From assembly GCF_032444005.1 (NCBI RefSeq), contig NC_091286.1:355446001-355510000 (forward strand): DNA of 64,000 bases, given 5' to 3'. The position numbers were made by a program, and so were the translations under genes. Below are positions 10,934 through 23,700 of the stretch, one piece after another. Each line of letters starts with the position of its first letter. Positions within the stretch are counted from its first letter, which is position 1. The notes beneath the pieces were generated by a model. It was not told the origin of the DNA and ran no database searches. It saw nothing but the letters and a program-made list of their open reading frames with translations. Source of the stretch: Ranitomeya imitator (lineage: Eukaryota).

Positions 10934-13900
10934 GTACCCCCTCTCTTACCCCCCCTCTCTTTAGAACTAGAAAGGAACCTCTTCAGAACTAGAGGAGCAT
11001 TGGTATTCTCAAGAGGCTCCCAAGACCTTTCCTCGGGTCCAAACCTCTTCCAATCAATCAAATAAAACGTCCTGCCCTTGATAGATTTCTTGGCAAGAAT
11101 ATTCTAAACTTCAAAAGAAGCATCGGAAGAAATAGGTTGGTGAGAATGTGAAAATGATTAAAAATTGCGGGTTTGAGGAGTGATACATGAAAAGCGTTAG
11201 GAATGCGTAGGGAAGCGGGCAATTTCAACTTGTATGCAACTTTATTAATTCAGCTAGAAACCTCAAAGGTACCAATGTAACGTGGACCTAACTTCTGAGA
11301 GGGAACTTTGAGTCTGATGTAGCGAGAAGAAAGCCAGACCTTATCAACTGGTCGATAAGGAGGGACCTCCAAACGCCTTTTGTCAGCATACCTTTTCATT
11401 CTGCTACTAGCCTTTTCAAGCGCCTCCTTAGTCTCCTGCCAAATTTTGGAAAATTCCTGGGACAAGGAATCCGCTGCCGTTACACCTGAGGTGGGGAGAA
11501 CAGGGAGAGGAATATCGGGATGTTGCCCAAAGACAATAAAAAAGGGAGACTTAGATGAAGATTCGCTAGTGTGGTTATTGTAGGCGAATTCTGCCCAGGG
11601 AAGAAGAGACACCCAGTCATCATGGTCAGCATTGGTAAAATGACGAAGATAAGATATGAGGATTTGATTTACATGCTCCACCTGACCGTTGGACTGGGGA
11701 TGGTAAGCAGAAGAAAAATCTAGTGATATCTTCATAAGACCAGAAAGGGCTCTCCAAAAATGGGAGGTAAACTGGACTCCTCGGTTGGACACGATATGCT
11801 GAGGGAACCCGTGGAGTCGAAAAATTTGAAGTAAAACGATCTTTGCTAGGTCAGGAGCAGATGGAAGACCAGGTAGAGAGATGAAGTGGGCCATCTTGGA
11901 AAATCTGTCTACCACCACCAAAATTGCAGTGCAATTAGAGGACTTCGGTAAATCGGTGACAAAGTCCAAAGCAATATGAGTCCAGGGAACAGATGGCACA
12001 GGAAGTGGAAGCAGAGAACCTGAAGGAAGCTGTCAAGGAACCTTGTTCTGAGCACACGAGGAACAGGAAGCAACGAAATCCAACACATCGTGGTGAAGAG
12101 AAGGCCACCAATAATGACGAGAAATCAGGGAGAGAGTCTTCTTATCTCCAACATGTCCAGCGAACTGGGAGGAATGACCCCAACGTAAGACCTTCAACTT
12201 GTCACAATTTGATACGAGGGTCTTTCCCGGAGGAGGCGTGATCACATCTAGAGGAGCCAAAGAAACAATCTTAGCTGGATCAAGAATATGCGTAGGTCTC
12301 TCCTCTTCATCTAATGGTTGAAAAGACTGTGATAGGGTATCTGCTCTGATGTTTTTATCTCCAGGTCGGAAATGTAATTCGAAATCGAAACGTCCAAAGA
12401 ACAAAAGAACAAGGACCATCTGGCTTGTCGAGGATTAAGCCTTTGGGCTGACTGGACATAGGCTAGATTCTTGTGATCAGTAAAAATGACGAAAGTATGA
12501 ACAGCCCCCTCAATTGAAAAAATGTACAGAGCCAATCCAAGATACCAAAAAATAATAATATATAAAAGTAACAAAATCAAATAATAAGATACTAGTATAT
12601 GGCCAATACACAAGAAAAAAGAAGTGGCTAACCACTCGGGATACATAGCAAAAAACCCTACAAACAAGAAACCCAGAATAATATAGACCTGAATAAAGAA
12701 TATATATAAGGACAAAAATAGGTATAAAATAAGCCTTTATTTAGACATATTGGCAATGGCACCAACAGTGTGCCTGTATATGGAGTAAAATTACAGATAT
12801 ATTAAATATATAAAATAAGGACGGACTAAATACACATTCAAATTACAATATGGCTATCCCAAAATGACCGCCAGAGTCTATAACAGGACCAATGCATATG
12901 TATGATCTGACAAACAAAAGTGCATAGTGTCAAGAAATTGCAAATCTCAAGCTGATATCAAAAAAACATAACTATGATGCTGCATCAAAATGAAATATAA
13001 TATAAAAAATAATAATGTGCAACTTAAACGCTGTGTGAACAGGAAACTAATATGTTTAATGTGAAAAAATAAATGAAATATGTGAAAAAAATGAAGTATG
13101 TGAAAAAAAATGTGTTAAGGAAATGTATATATACATATACTGTATATAGGGCCTGAAAAAAGACTAAAAAAAATATATAGTGGCGGGTATAGGTGCTCCG
13201 TATGTTTAAATTGTACCCAGGAAACCACCTAGGTACAAAGAAACCACAGAGCAACTAATAAAATAATAAAATAGGCTGGGAGGAGCATTGTGTGCTTAAA
13301 AACTATGCAACAGTATATGATAAACCACTATGTGGCTACGTGCAAGTGTACTGAATGGCTAAACATAGTTAAGTGCTATATAGCACCTGCTACACAAAGC
13401 GATTAGTCCCCAGAATCCGATCACTAAGGAGTAGCATCCGAAACGCGTGTCGGGGTGCATTGTATTTCGGAGCGGACGGACTTATACAGGTATATCCTTT
13501 ATCTTGTGCCACCCCTTGTGTGCTGTGTTGTAATCCATATTAGTGATCGGATTCTGGTGACTAATCCCTTTGTGTAGCAGGTGCTATATAGCACTTAACT
13601 ATGTTTAGCCATTCAGTACACTTGCACGTAGCCACATAGTGGTTTATCATATACTGTTGCATGGTTTTTAAGCACACAATGCTCCTCCCAGCCTATTTTA
13701 TTAGTTGCTCTGTGGTTTCTTTGTACCTAGGTGATTTCCTGGGTACAATTTAAACATACGGAGCACCTATACCCGCCACTATATATGTTTTTAGTCTTTT
13801 TTCAGGCCCTATATATATGTATATATACATTTCCTTAACACATTTTTTTTTCCACATACTTCATTTTTTTCACATATTTCATTTATTTTTTCACATTAAA

Positions 13901-16177
13901 CATATTAGTATCCTGTTCACACAGCGTTTAAGTTGCAAATTATTATTTTTTATATTATATTTCATTTTGATGCAGCATCATAGTTATGTTTTTTTTATAT
14001 CAGCTTGAGATTTGCAATTTCTTGACACTATGCACTTTTGTTTGTCAGATCATACATATGCATTGGTCCTGTTGTAGACTCTGGCGGTCATTTTGGGATA
14101 GCCATATTGTAATTTGAATGTGTATTTAGTCCGTCCTTATTTTATATATTTAATATATCTGTAATTTTACTCCGTATACAGGCACACTGTTGGTGCCATT
14201 GCCAATATGTCTAAATAAAGGCTTATTTTATACCTATTTTTGTCCTTATATATATTCTTTATTCAGGTCTATATTATTCTGGGTTTCTTGTTTGAAGGGT
14301 TTTTTGCTATACAACCCCCTCAAGAAGATACCGCCACTCCTCCAAGGCCAATTTGATGGCAAGCAATTCTGGAGAAAAAACCACAGGAGACTAATCGACC
14401 CGAGTTAAACCTCTGTAGAAGTAGAGCTCCGGCTCCGATAGAGGACGCTTCCACTTCAACAATGAATGGCCTATTGGTATCCGGATGATGAAGCACCGAT
14501 GCAGAAGCAAACTCTCGCTTCAGAGTTTGGAAGGCTGTTTCAGCCTCCGGTGGACAAATATTAGGATCGACTCCCTTGCAGACCAGAGCAGAGATTGGCT
14601 TAGACAGAGAGGAGAAGTGAGGAATAAATTGTCTGTAATTGGTAAAGCCAAGAAATCGCTGAACAGCCTTTACTCCCGATGGACGGGGCCAATTCAGAAC
14701 GGCAGACACCTTCTCAGGATCCATCTTCAGACCATCCTCGGAAACGATATAACCAAGGAAAGGCACAGAAGACTGTTCAAAGACGCATTTCTCAATCTTA
14801 GCGAAGAGATTATTCTCCCTTAGACGAAGTAAGACTCGGCGAACGTCTCATCGATGGGTGGATAGATCAGGAGAGAAGAAGAGGATGTCATCCAAGTAGA
14901 CTACAACAATGGTATAGAGGCAGTCTCGAAAGATGTCATTGACAAACTCTTGGACCACCGCAGGAGCATTACAAAGCCCAAAAGGCATTACCAAATACTC
15001 GTAGTGACCGTCCCCAGTGTTGAACGCGGTCTTCCACTCGTCTCCGGCACAGATGCGAACCAAGTTGTAGTCTCCCCGAAGATCAAGCTTGGTAAAAATT
15101 TGTGCTCTTCTCAGACGGTCGAAAAGTTCAGAGATAAGAGGTAAGGGGTATTTGTTCTTCACAGTGATGTTATTTAATCCCCTGTAATCAATACACGGGC
15201 GAAGAGTACCATCCTTCTTTTTCATGAAAAAGAAACCTGCCCTAGCTGGAGAGGAAGATTTCGGAATAAAACCTGTAGCGAGATTCTTCTGAACATAGTC
15301 CAACATAGCTTGTGTGTCTGCAGGCGAGAGAGGATAGATTCTTCCCCTAGGAGGCGTGCCACCAGGAACGAGGTCTATAGGACACTCGTAGGGTCGATGC
15401 GGCAGAAGAGACTCTGCCTCCTTTTAAGCAAAAACATCTGAAAAAGAAGAAAAAGCAGAAGGCAACCCGGAGGGAATGGGACTGGGACAAGGAACACCCA
15501 CAGGACGCACCGGCTGCAGACAACGAGACCGACAGGAATCTCCCCAACGAAGAATGTTGACCGTATGCCAATCTAGGAAAGGTTCATGGAGACGCAACCA
15601 CGGAAGCCCGAGGAGAATAGGATGAGAAATGTTATGTTGGCTAAAACAAAGAACAAGATTTTCTCTCTATGAAGAGCCCCTACCTGAAGCTCTACCAAAT
15701 GTGTAACTTGAGTTATGGTCTCTTGCAGGGGTTTTCCGTCAACAGAAGCGAGAAGAAGAGGATTCTCTAAAGACCTAACAGGAACTGAGAATTTAATTAC
15801 CTCCTCCAACCTAATAAAATTTCCCGCTGCACCCGAGTCCAGATAAGCCTCAAGAGAAAAACATTTATCATGAATATGTAACAAAACGGGCAGAGTGAGG
15901 GGTTGAGAGGTTTCACAGGCACCTAGGGAGGCCTCTCTTGCCTGCCCTAGGCGGAGGAGTTTTCCGGACGATCTGTGCAGGCACGGAGGAGATGTGAGAA
16001 ACTTCCACAGTAAAAACAGAGACCCTGGGAGCGCCTCTCCTTGTGATGTTGTTCGGAGAGTTTAACACGATCAACTTGCATCAGCTTGGGAGCAGAAACA
16101 GAAGTAGAGACCCTGGGACGTATACTGGGAGGCCTACCGGAAGTCATAGAAGAACGAGGAAATTTTCTCTCCCGAGC
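10934..16177 (-). pseudogene. pol: Gypsy A pol (PR-RT-RH-IN-chromo), fragmented by stops, frameshifts and a PLE insertion; duplicate at 20934-26178
   Basis: ORF pieces 15573-15884 (PR), 14848-15306 (RT), 14320-14766 (RT/RH), 12033-12419 (RH end and integrase HHCC), 11250-11999 (rve core), plus chromodomain near 11000-11130. Confidence 0.92.
12514..14310. mobile_element. Non-coding palindromic Penelope-type insert in Gypsy A RNase H; duplicate at 22515-24311
   Basis: Inverted arms 12645-13427 and 13540-14310 with a 112-bp loop. Flanked by acagccccctcaa (12501-12513) and acaaccccctcaa (14311-14323). Pol frame [21 protein letters not shown] is split. The loop contains gga-gtagca-tcc-gaaac-gcgt-gtc. 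Confidence 0.8.
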
Positions 16178-16963
16178 TCATTCCTGAAAGCGAAGATCTA
16201 TTCCTGTTGCCAAGGCAATCAAATCCTCCAAAATAGTTGGAGTATCTTGACCAGCTAATTCATCTTTGATACGACTGGAAATTCCCCGCCAGAAAGCCCT
16301 GACCAACGCTTCATTATTCCAACCAAAGTCGGAAGATAAAGTCCAAAACTGAATAGCGTATTGCTCAACAGTTAGGGACCCATGCTGTAAATTAAACAGG
16401 GCCTCTGTGGTTGAAGCCAAGCGACCTGGTTCATCGAACACACGACGGAACGTCTCCAAAAATGGAGTCAACTGGTTGAGCACAGGATCATTCCGCTCCC
16501 AGAGAGGGTTAACCCATGCTAGAGCATCACCCTCCAAATGAGAAATAATAAAGGCTATCTTGGCCCAATCTGTAGGGTATTGCTGGGGAAGAAGCTCAAA
16601 ATGAAGGCGACACTGATTCAAAAATCCCCGGCATTGTCTGGGATCTCCATTGAAACGGGGAGGTTTTGCCAAACGGGGAGTGGGATGAGGAGCAGGAACA
16701 GGAGCAGGAACAGATGCAGCAGTCTGTAAAGAAAGGAGTCGGGTATCAACAGATGCCATATAACTCAGAATATGGGACTGGGTGTCCCGCTGCTGCACCA
16801 GCTCCTGCTGCAAACTGGCCAGCTGGGAGCCATTCCCTGGGTCAGAGGTCTGGAGGGCAGAAAGTCGAGAGTCCATGAATTTCATGAAGGACATCATCCG
16901 ACTCTGATTCTCCCGCAGGAAAACTAGTTCCTTCTGAGCAGCCGCAGCTCCAGCGGGATCCAT
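16178..16963 (-). pseudogene. gag: Gypsy A gag (capsid), truncated by a premature TGA; duplicate at 26179-26964
   Basis: PPRFNGDPRQCRGFLNQC...LEGDALAW...YAIQF...FWRGISSRIKDEL motifs. The CCHC knuckle (CFYCGSFSHLLRAC) continues downstream at 15947-16147. Confidence 0.9.
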
Positions 16964-17254
16964 GGCCTTTGCGTACTATTAGAACCCAAGAAGTGGACCC
17001 TCTGGGGTCGTGGCTTCAGAGCCCCCAAAGGCAAGCGGACCAGATGGGGCCACCACCTGTACAGGGAGTGTTTGGGGCAGGACCAAGGAGGATGAAGCCG
17101 CAACTGCCGGAGCCAAAGGGACAACTAAGGATAGGGCCACAGAAGGGTCAAAGGACAGGGAAGAGATGGAAACTCAGGGGTAAACAGAACGAAAGAGACA
17201 CCGGATGGGCAGAGGCTGCAGAAACTAAGTACTGACCGGAATGGAGGAGAAACT

Positions 17255-17640
17255 CATCTAATGGGGAATGACAGGAACACAGGACCAGCTGGAATGACAG
17301 GAGCACAGGACCAGCTGAGATGGCAGGAATGCAGGACTGGCAAGGATGACTGGTACACAGGACTGGCAGAGACGGCTGGTACACAGAACTGGCAAGGAAG
17401 GCAGAAACACAGAACTTACGAGGATGGCAGGAACATGGGACTTGCAGAGATTGCAGAAACACAGGACTGGCAGAGGAGACTGGCACACAGGACTGGCAGA
17501 GGAGACTGGCACACAGGACTGGCAGGAGCGGCAGGCACACAGGACTGGCTGAGAAGACTGGCACACAGGACTGGCAGGGGCAGCAAGCACACAGGACTGG
17601 CTGGGATGGCAGGCACACTGGACTGGCTGAGGAAGACAGA
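17255..17640. repeat. Minisatellite inside Gypsy A LTR (cacaggactggcagaggagactgg-type, ~24-27 nt); duplicate at 27256-27641
   Basis: Repeated acaggactggc units. Source of the spurious Cys/Gln-rich ORFs. Confidence 0.85.
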
Positions 17641-17788
17641 ACATGTGAATGTGACACGAGCTTAAACAGGGGAAACGCACGAAGAGCCAGAGAAACTAAA
17701 GAGACGCTGTCAAGAAGTCGGTGAACACAATAGACGCAAAGGCGTCTTACGCAGTCAGATGCAGGAGAGAAATACCCGACGGGCGCTG

Positions 17789-20700
17789 ATTCGGCGGGCG
17801 CACTGCGCATGCGCCCGCCATTTTGGAAGATGGCGGCGCCCAGCAAAGAAGACGGACGGACCCCGGGAGGCTCGATAAGTATAAGGAGGGGAGATCAGGG
17901 CACGGGGGGCGTCGGAGCACGGGGGGGTGGATCGGAGCATGGGGGTGGGATCGGAACACGGGGGGTGGATTGGAGCACGGGGTGGGGGATCGCTGTGTGG
18001 GGGGGTGGATCGGAGCACGGGGGGGATCGCTGTGCGGGTGGGGATTGGAGTGCGGGGGGGTTGGATTGGAGCACGGGGGGTGGGATTGGAGCACGGGGGG
18101 AGCGGACAGGAGGACGGGGGAGCGGAGCACAGGACGGAGGGGAGCGAACCACAGATCGGAGGGCTGGGGGGGCGATCGGTGGGGTGGGGGCACATAAGTG
18201 TTTCCAGCCATGGCTGATGATATTGCAGCAACTGCCATGGCTGGATTGTAATATTTCACCAGTTTTTTAGGTGAAATATTACAAATCGCTCTGATTGGCA
18301 GTTTCACTTTCAACAGCCAATCAGAACGATCGTAGCCACGGGGGAGTGAAGCCACCCCCCTGGGCTAAACTACCACTCCCCCTGTCCCTGCAGATCGGGT
18401 GAAATGGGAGTTAACCATTTCACCGGATCTGCAGGGACGCGATCATTCTGTGACACAGCATATGCGTCACAGGTCGGATTGGCACCGACTTTCATGACGC
18501 ATACGCTGTGTCACAGGTCGGGAAGGGGTTAAATCAATCTTTCACAATGAACTATTTAAGATTTTTTTTATTTTACAATTTTTTTTTTTACTTTTATAAA
18601 AACAATAAAACAGTTTGCCACATAAGATTGGTTGTCATGATAGCTACAATTCTTATACTGTACATTCAGTGCATATAATAAAAGCTGAAAGATTAGTGAT
18701 GAGTGAGTAGTAAAATATTCGGATTCGGAAAAATCAGCACTAATAATTTCTAATACCATGTATTCGCACCGAATAACGAATCCAATGCAAGTCAATTGGG
18801 AGAGTTAAATATTTTACTGCTAGACCCAACAAACAGGTCTGATGGCATGAAAAAAAAGCTGAAATATATAAGGGTTTTAAGGATTTTTAAAAAGACCTAC
18901 CAAACCAAAACACATTTTTTAAAGGAAAAATGCTAAGAAACATTTTTTCCTTCATAATTACATATATATAACGCACAATAAAAATTTATATATATACCTC
19001 CTCTTTAGCATATGTTCACAAGGAGCATTTTGGCTTTAGTTTTTCCTTTAACCTTTGTGAGGGCTCTCACTCCTACATTTGAGAGGTCCCTCCTTCACGC
19101 CAAACAGTTAGCAAGATAGTGGAATACATATTCCCCATCCACTTACAATGCCATTTCAAACATGCCCATTAGAATTTTGTGTATCACCCGCCACCACCAC
19201 CATGTCCACCGCTATCTCATTATGTGCCTGTTGCTTCCAATTTGCAGAATGCCAGCAGGAGATGTGAAACCTGAGTTTGATGAGGGCCCTCAGGTGGCCC
19301 TGTATCATGCATTTGGGAGAGCTCTCACTCCTACAATTGGGATGTCCCTCCTTCATGCCAAACAAATAACAAGATATGGAATACATATTCCCCATCCCTT
19401 TACAATGCCATTTCAAACATGGCCATTTGAATTTTGGGCATCGCCTGCCACCAACACCATGTCCACCGCCATGTCATTACGCGGCCCTCTCTTCAAATTT
19501 GCAGAGTGCCAGCAGGTGTCGTGAAACCTGAGTTTGATAGGGCCCTGAGGTGGACACAGTTACTTACAATTTTCCAGTCAACAAATGTCAGCCGGATGCT
19601 GTGTTCTCCAGGTGAGTGGTCCAGCAAACTGCCAGGTAGATTGAGATGCATCTTTCCAGGTCTCCTTTCATATGCCTTTCTCATGCCATCTCACCACACT
19701 GGCTTCCACTTCTCCTGCCCAGCACCTTACCCACAGTGTCCCAAGCCAGCAGCCATAAGCCTGGTCGGGCGACGTCCTCTGAGTCCCCTGGATTCTATAT
19801 GGCTGCCTTTTTGGAGAATTATGGGTGGATGTGGCTGTGACTCTGGCAAAAGCCACAGCCTCTGGTTTCTTAGCTGAACTTGAAGATTTCCACTAAGTTG
19901 GGGCCGGTCCCCTGACTGTGACCTGGTCCTTCCACGTCTGGATGCGGGCCCCACTTGTGGCTTCTGTACTTCCCGTGCCCCTAGGACCCCTTCTGTCCTC
20001 CCAGATACTTCCTTCTGTCTCTACCTCACTCTTCTCTCACGTCTGCTCAGCTCCACTTCTCCTCACAGACTCTTCTCTGCACTGTTCTTCCCGCTTTCTA
20101 AGCTACTCCCCTTTTTCCTACCTACATTCCTATCCGGCCTGGAATGAGGCCTTCCTCCATAAGGGTAGGCCCAGGTGCCCCGACTGAACTGGTGTGTGTT
20201 GGATGTGAGTGTTAGAGTCCTGGGTAGTGCTCCCTCCTTTCCTGAGAGTGGGATACCACACCACAACAAATATAGTACAGGAGTTGGGGAAGCTGTATTA
20301 TCAATGTAAGTAAATTAAATTCTACCAGACACCAAAGGCATTAGAATTAAATTTGGAATATTGTGTATGCAAGCGAGGGCCTGTATTGATGTCAGTCTGT
20401 CAGGCCTGAAACCCATGTCAGAAACATGTACAAGCTTCATTTTACATGGAAGCAGCCTCCTCAAGGGAAAGAGACAGGAGTTCCATTGACCAATTTGCAC
20501 AAGCCTACGCAGTTCTTCTGGAAACTGCCCAACCAGGCTGAATGTATCTTTTACATAGTTCGGAGCAACAATGGAGTAATTACTGGATATGTCTCAGAAA
20601 GTGTCGAGGTCTGTGGAGTGTATTACTCAGGTGACAAGCAGTGCTGCAGAGCTCAGGTAAAGGTAAAGAGAAGCCACAAGAAGTCGGCAAACACAATAGA

Positions 20701-23700
20701 CGCAAAGGCATCTTACCCGGTCAGATGCAGGAGAGAAATACCTGATGGGCGCCCCCATATTGGGGGTGGGGCCAGCATGTCACGACCTCCCAGAAGCCCC
20801 GGCGGTCAGAGGAGCACGTCTACGCATGCACAGACCGCCGGAGGGACGAACACCAGGGAATCCAGACAGAGAGGAGTGAGGAGGAGTGTCGGGAGCACGC
20901 CGGCCAGAGAGGTAAGTATTGGGTGGCATAACCGTACCCCCTCTCTTACCCCCCCTCTCTTTAGAACTAGAAAGGAACCTCTTCAGAACTAGAGGAGCAT
21001 TGGTATTCTCAAGAGGCTCCCAAGACCTTTCCTCGGGTCCAAACCTCTTCCAATCAATCAAATAAAACGTCCTGCCCTTGATAGATTTCTTGGCAAGAAT
21101 ATTCTAAACTTCAAAAGAAGCATCGGAAGAAATAGGTTGGTGAGAATGTGAAAATGATTAAAAATTGCGGGTTTGAGGAGTGATACATGAAAAGCGTTAG
21201 GAATGCGTAGGGAAGCGGGCAATTTCAACTTGTATGCAACTTTATTAATTCAGCTAGAAACCTCAAAGGTACCAATGTAACGTGGACCTAACTTCTGAGA
21301 GGGAACTTTGAGTCTGATGTAGCGAGAAGAAAGCCAGACCTTATCAACTGGTCGATAAGGAGGGACCTCCAAACGCCTTTTGTCAGCATACCTTTTCATT
21401 CTGCTACTAGCCTTTTCAAGCGCCTCCTTAGTCTCCTGCCAAATTTTGGAAAATTCCTGGGACAAGGAATCCGCTGCCGTTACACCTGAGGTGGGGAGAA
21501 CAGGGAGAGGAATATCGGGATGTTGCCCAAAGACAATAAAAAAGGGAGACTTAGATGAAGATTCGCTAGTGTGGTTATTGTAGGCGAATTCTGCCCAGGG
21601 AAGAAGAGACACCCAGTCATCATGGTCAGCATTGGTAAAATGACGAAGATAAGATATGAGGATTTGATTTACACGCTCCACCTGACCGTTGGACTGGGGA
21701 TGGTAAGCAGAAGAAAAATCTAGTGATATCTTCATAAGACCAGAAAGGGCTCTCCAAAAATGGGAGGTAAACTGGACTCCTCGGTTGGACACGATATGCT
21801 GAGGGAACCCGTGGAGTCGAAAAATTTGAAGTAAAACGATCTTTGCTAGGTCAGGAGCAGATGGAAGACCAGGTAGAGAGATGAAGTGGGCCATCTTGGA
21901 AAATCTGTCTACCACCACCAAAATTGCAGTGCAATTAGAGGACTTCGGTAAATCGGTGACAAAGTCCAAAGCAATATGAGTCCAGGGAACAGATGGCACA
22001 GGAAGTGGAAGCAGAGAACCTGAAGGAAGCTGTCAAGGAACCTTGTTCTGAGCACACGAGGAACAGGAAGCAACGAAATCCAACACATCGTGGTGAAGAG
22101 AAGGCCACCAATAATGACGAGAAATCAGGGAGAGAGTCTTCTTATCTCCAACATGTCCAGCGAACTGGGAGGAATGACCCCAAACGTAAGACCTTCAACT
22201 TGTCACAATTTGATACGAGGGTCTTTCCCGGAGGAGGCGTGATCACATCTAGAGGAGCCAAAGAAACAATCTTAGCTGGATCAAGAATATGCGTAGGTCT
22301 CTCCTCTTCATCTAACGGTTGAAAAGACTGTGATAGGGTATCTGCTCTGATGTTTTTATCTCCAGGTCGGAAATGTAATTCGAAATCGAAACGTCCAAAG
22401 AACAAAAGAACAAGGACCATCTGGCTTGTCGAGGATTAAGCCTTTGGGCTGACTGGACATAGGCTAGATTCTTGTGATCAGTAAAAATGACGAAAGTATG
22501 AACAGCCCCCTCAATTGAAAAAATGTACAGAGCCAATCCAAGATACCAAAAAATAATAATATATAAAAGTAACAAAATCAAATAATAAGATACTAGTATA
22601 TGGCCAATACACAAGAAAAAAGAAGTGGCTAACCACTCGGGATACATAGCAAAAAACCCTACAAACAAGAAACCCAGAATAATATAGACCTGAATAAAGA
22701 ATATATATAAGGACAAAAATAGGTATAAAATAAGCCTTTATTTAGACATATTGGCAATGGCACCAACAGTGTGCCTGCATATGGAGTAAAATTACAGATA
22801 TATTAAATATATAAAATAAGGACGGACTAAATACACATTCAAATTACAATATGGCTATCCCAAAATGACCGCCAGAGTCTATAACAGGACCAATGCATAT
22901 GTATGATCTGACAAACAAAAGTGCATAGTGTCAAGAAATTGCAAATCTCAAGCTGATATCAAAAAAACATAACTATGATGCTGCATCAAAATGAAATATA
23001 ATATAAAAAATAATAATGTGCAACTTAAACGCTGTGTGAACAGGATACTAATATGTTTAATGTGAAAAAATAAATGAAATATGTGAAAAAAATGAAGTAT
23101 GTGAAAAAAAATGTGTTAAGGAAATGTATATATACATATACTGTATATAGGGCCTGAAAAAAGACTAAAAAAAATATATAGTGGCGGGTATAGGTGCTCC
23201 GTATGTTTAAATTGTACCCAGGAAACCACCTAGGTACAAAGAAACCACAGAGCAACTAATAAAATAATAAAATAGGCTGGGAGGAGCATTGTGTGCTTAA
23301 AAACTATGCAACAGTATATGATAAACCACTATGTGGCTACGTGCAAGTGTACTGAATGGCTAAACATAGTTAAGTGCTATATAGCACCTGCTACACAAAG
23401 CGATTAGTCCCCAGAATCCGATCACTAAGGAGTAGCATCCGAAACGCGCGTCGGGGTGCATTGTATTTCGGAGCGGACGGACTTATACAGGTATATCCTT
23501 TATCTTGTGCCACCCCTTGTGTGCTGTGTTGTAATCCATATTAGTGATCGGATTCTGGTGACTAATCCCTTTGTGTAGCAGGTGCTATATAGCACTTAAC
23601 TATGTTTAGCCATTCAGTACACTTGCACGTAGCCACATAGTGGTTTATCATATACTGTTGCATGGTTTTTAAGCACACAATGCTCCTCCCAGCCTATTTT

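Larger units (their letters stand above)
7789..17788. repeat. Tandem segmental duplication, unit 1 (exactly 10,000 bp)
   Basis: ORF track repeats with offset 10000, then 10001. Junction gggcgctg|attcggcggg at 17788/17789 joins LTR sequence to the interior of the piggyBac-like element (cf. 7789 and 27790). Confidence 0.97.
10677..17788 (-). mobile_element. Ty3/Gypsy chromovirus A, copy 1 (degenerate; 5' LTR 16977-17788 cut by the duplication junction; 3' LTR remnant 10677-10933)
   Basis: Order on the minus strand: gag, CCHC knuckle, protease (LDSGA), RT (YLDD), RNase H, integrase, chromodomain (YLIDWKRFGPEERSWEP), polypurine tract at 10934-10960, LTR. Confidence 0.95.

Noticed and set aside
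10426-10992. 188-aa plus-strand ORF (also 20426-20992)
   Set aside because: Mostly antisense to the Gypsy LTR and pol end. No independent coding signal.
12311-12715. Hydrophobic env-like or membrane ORF fused to RNase H sequence
   Set aside because: The hydrophobic part is the T-rich strand of the non-coding PLE insert, read into the interrupted pol frame.
17148-17846. 232-aa Cys-rich ORF resembling keratin-associated or metallothionein-like proteins (also 27149-27793)
   Set aside because: Translation of the LTR minisatellite. Its N-terminus in copy 1 is created by the duplication junction.
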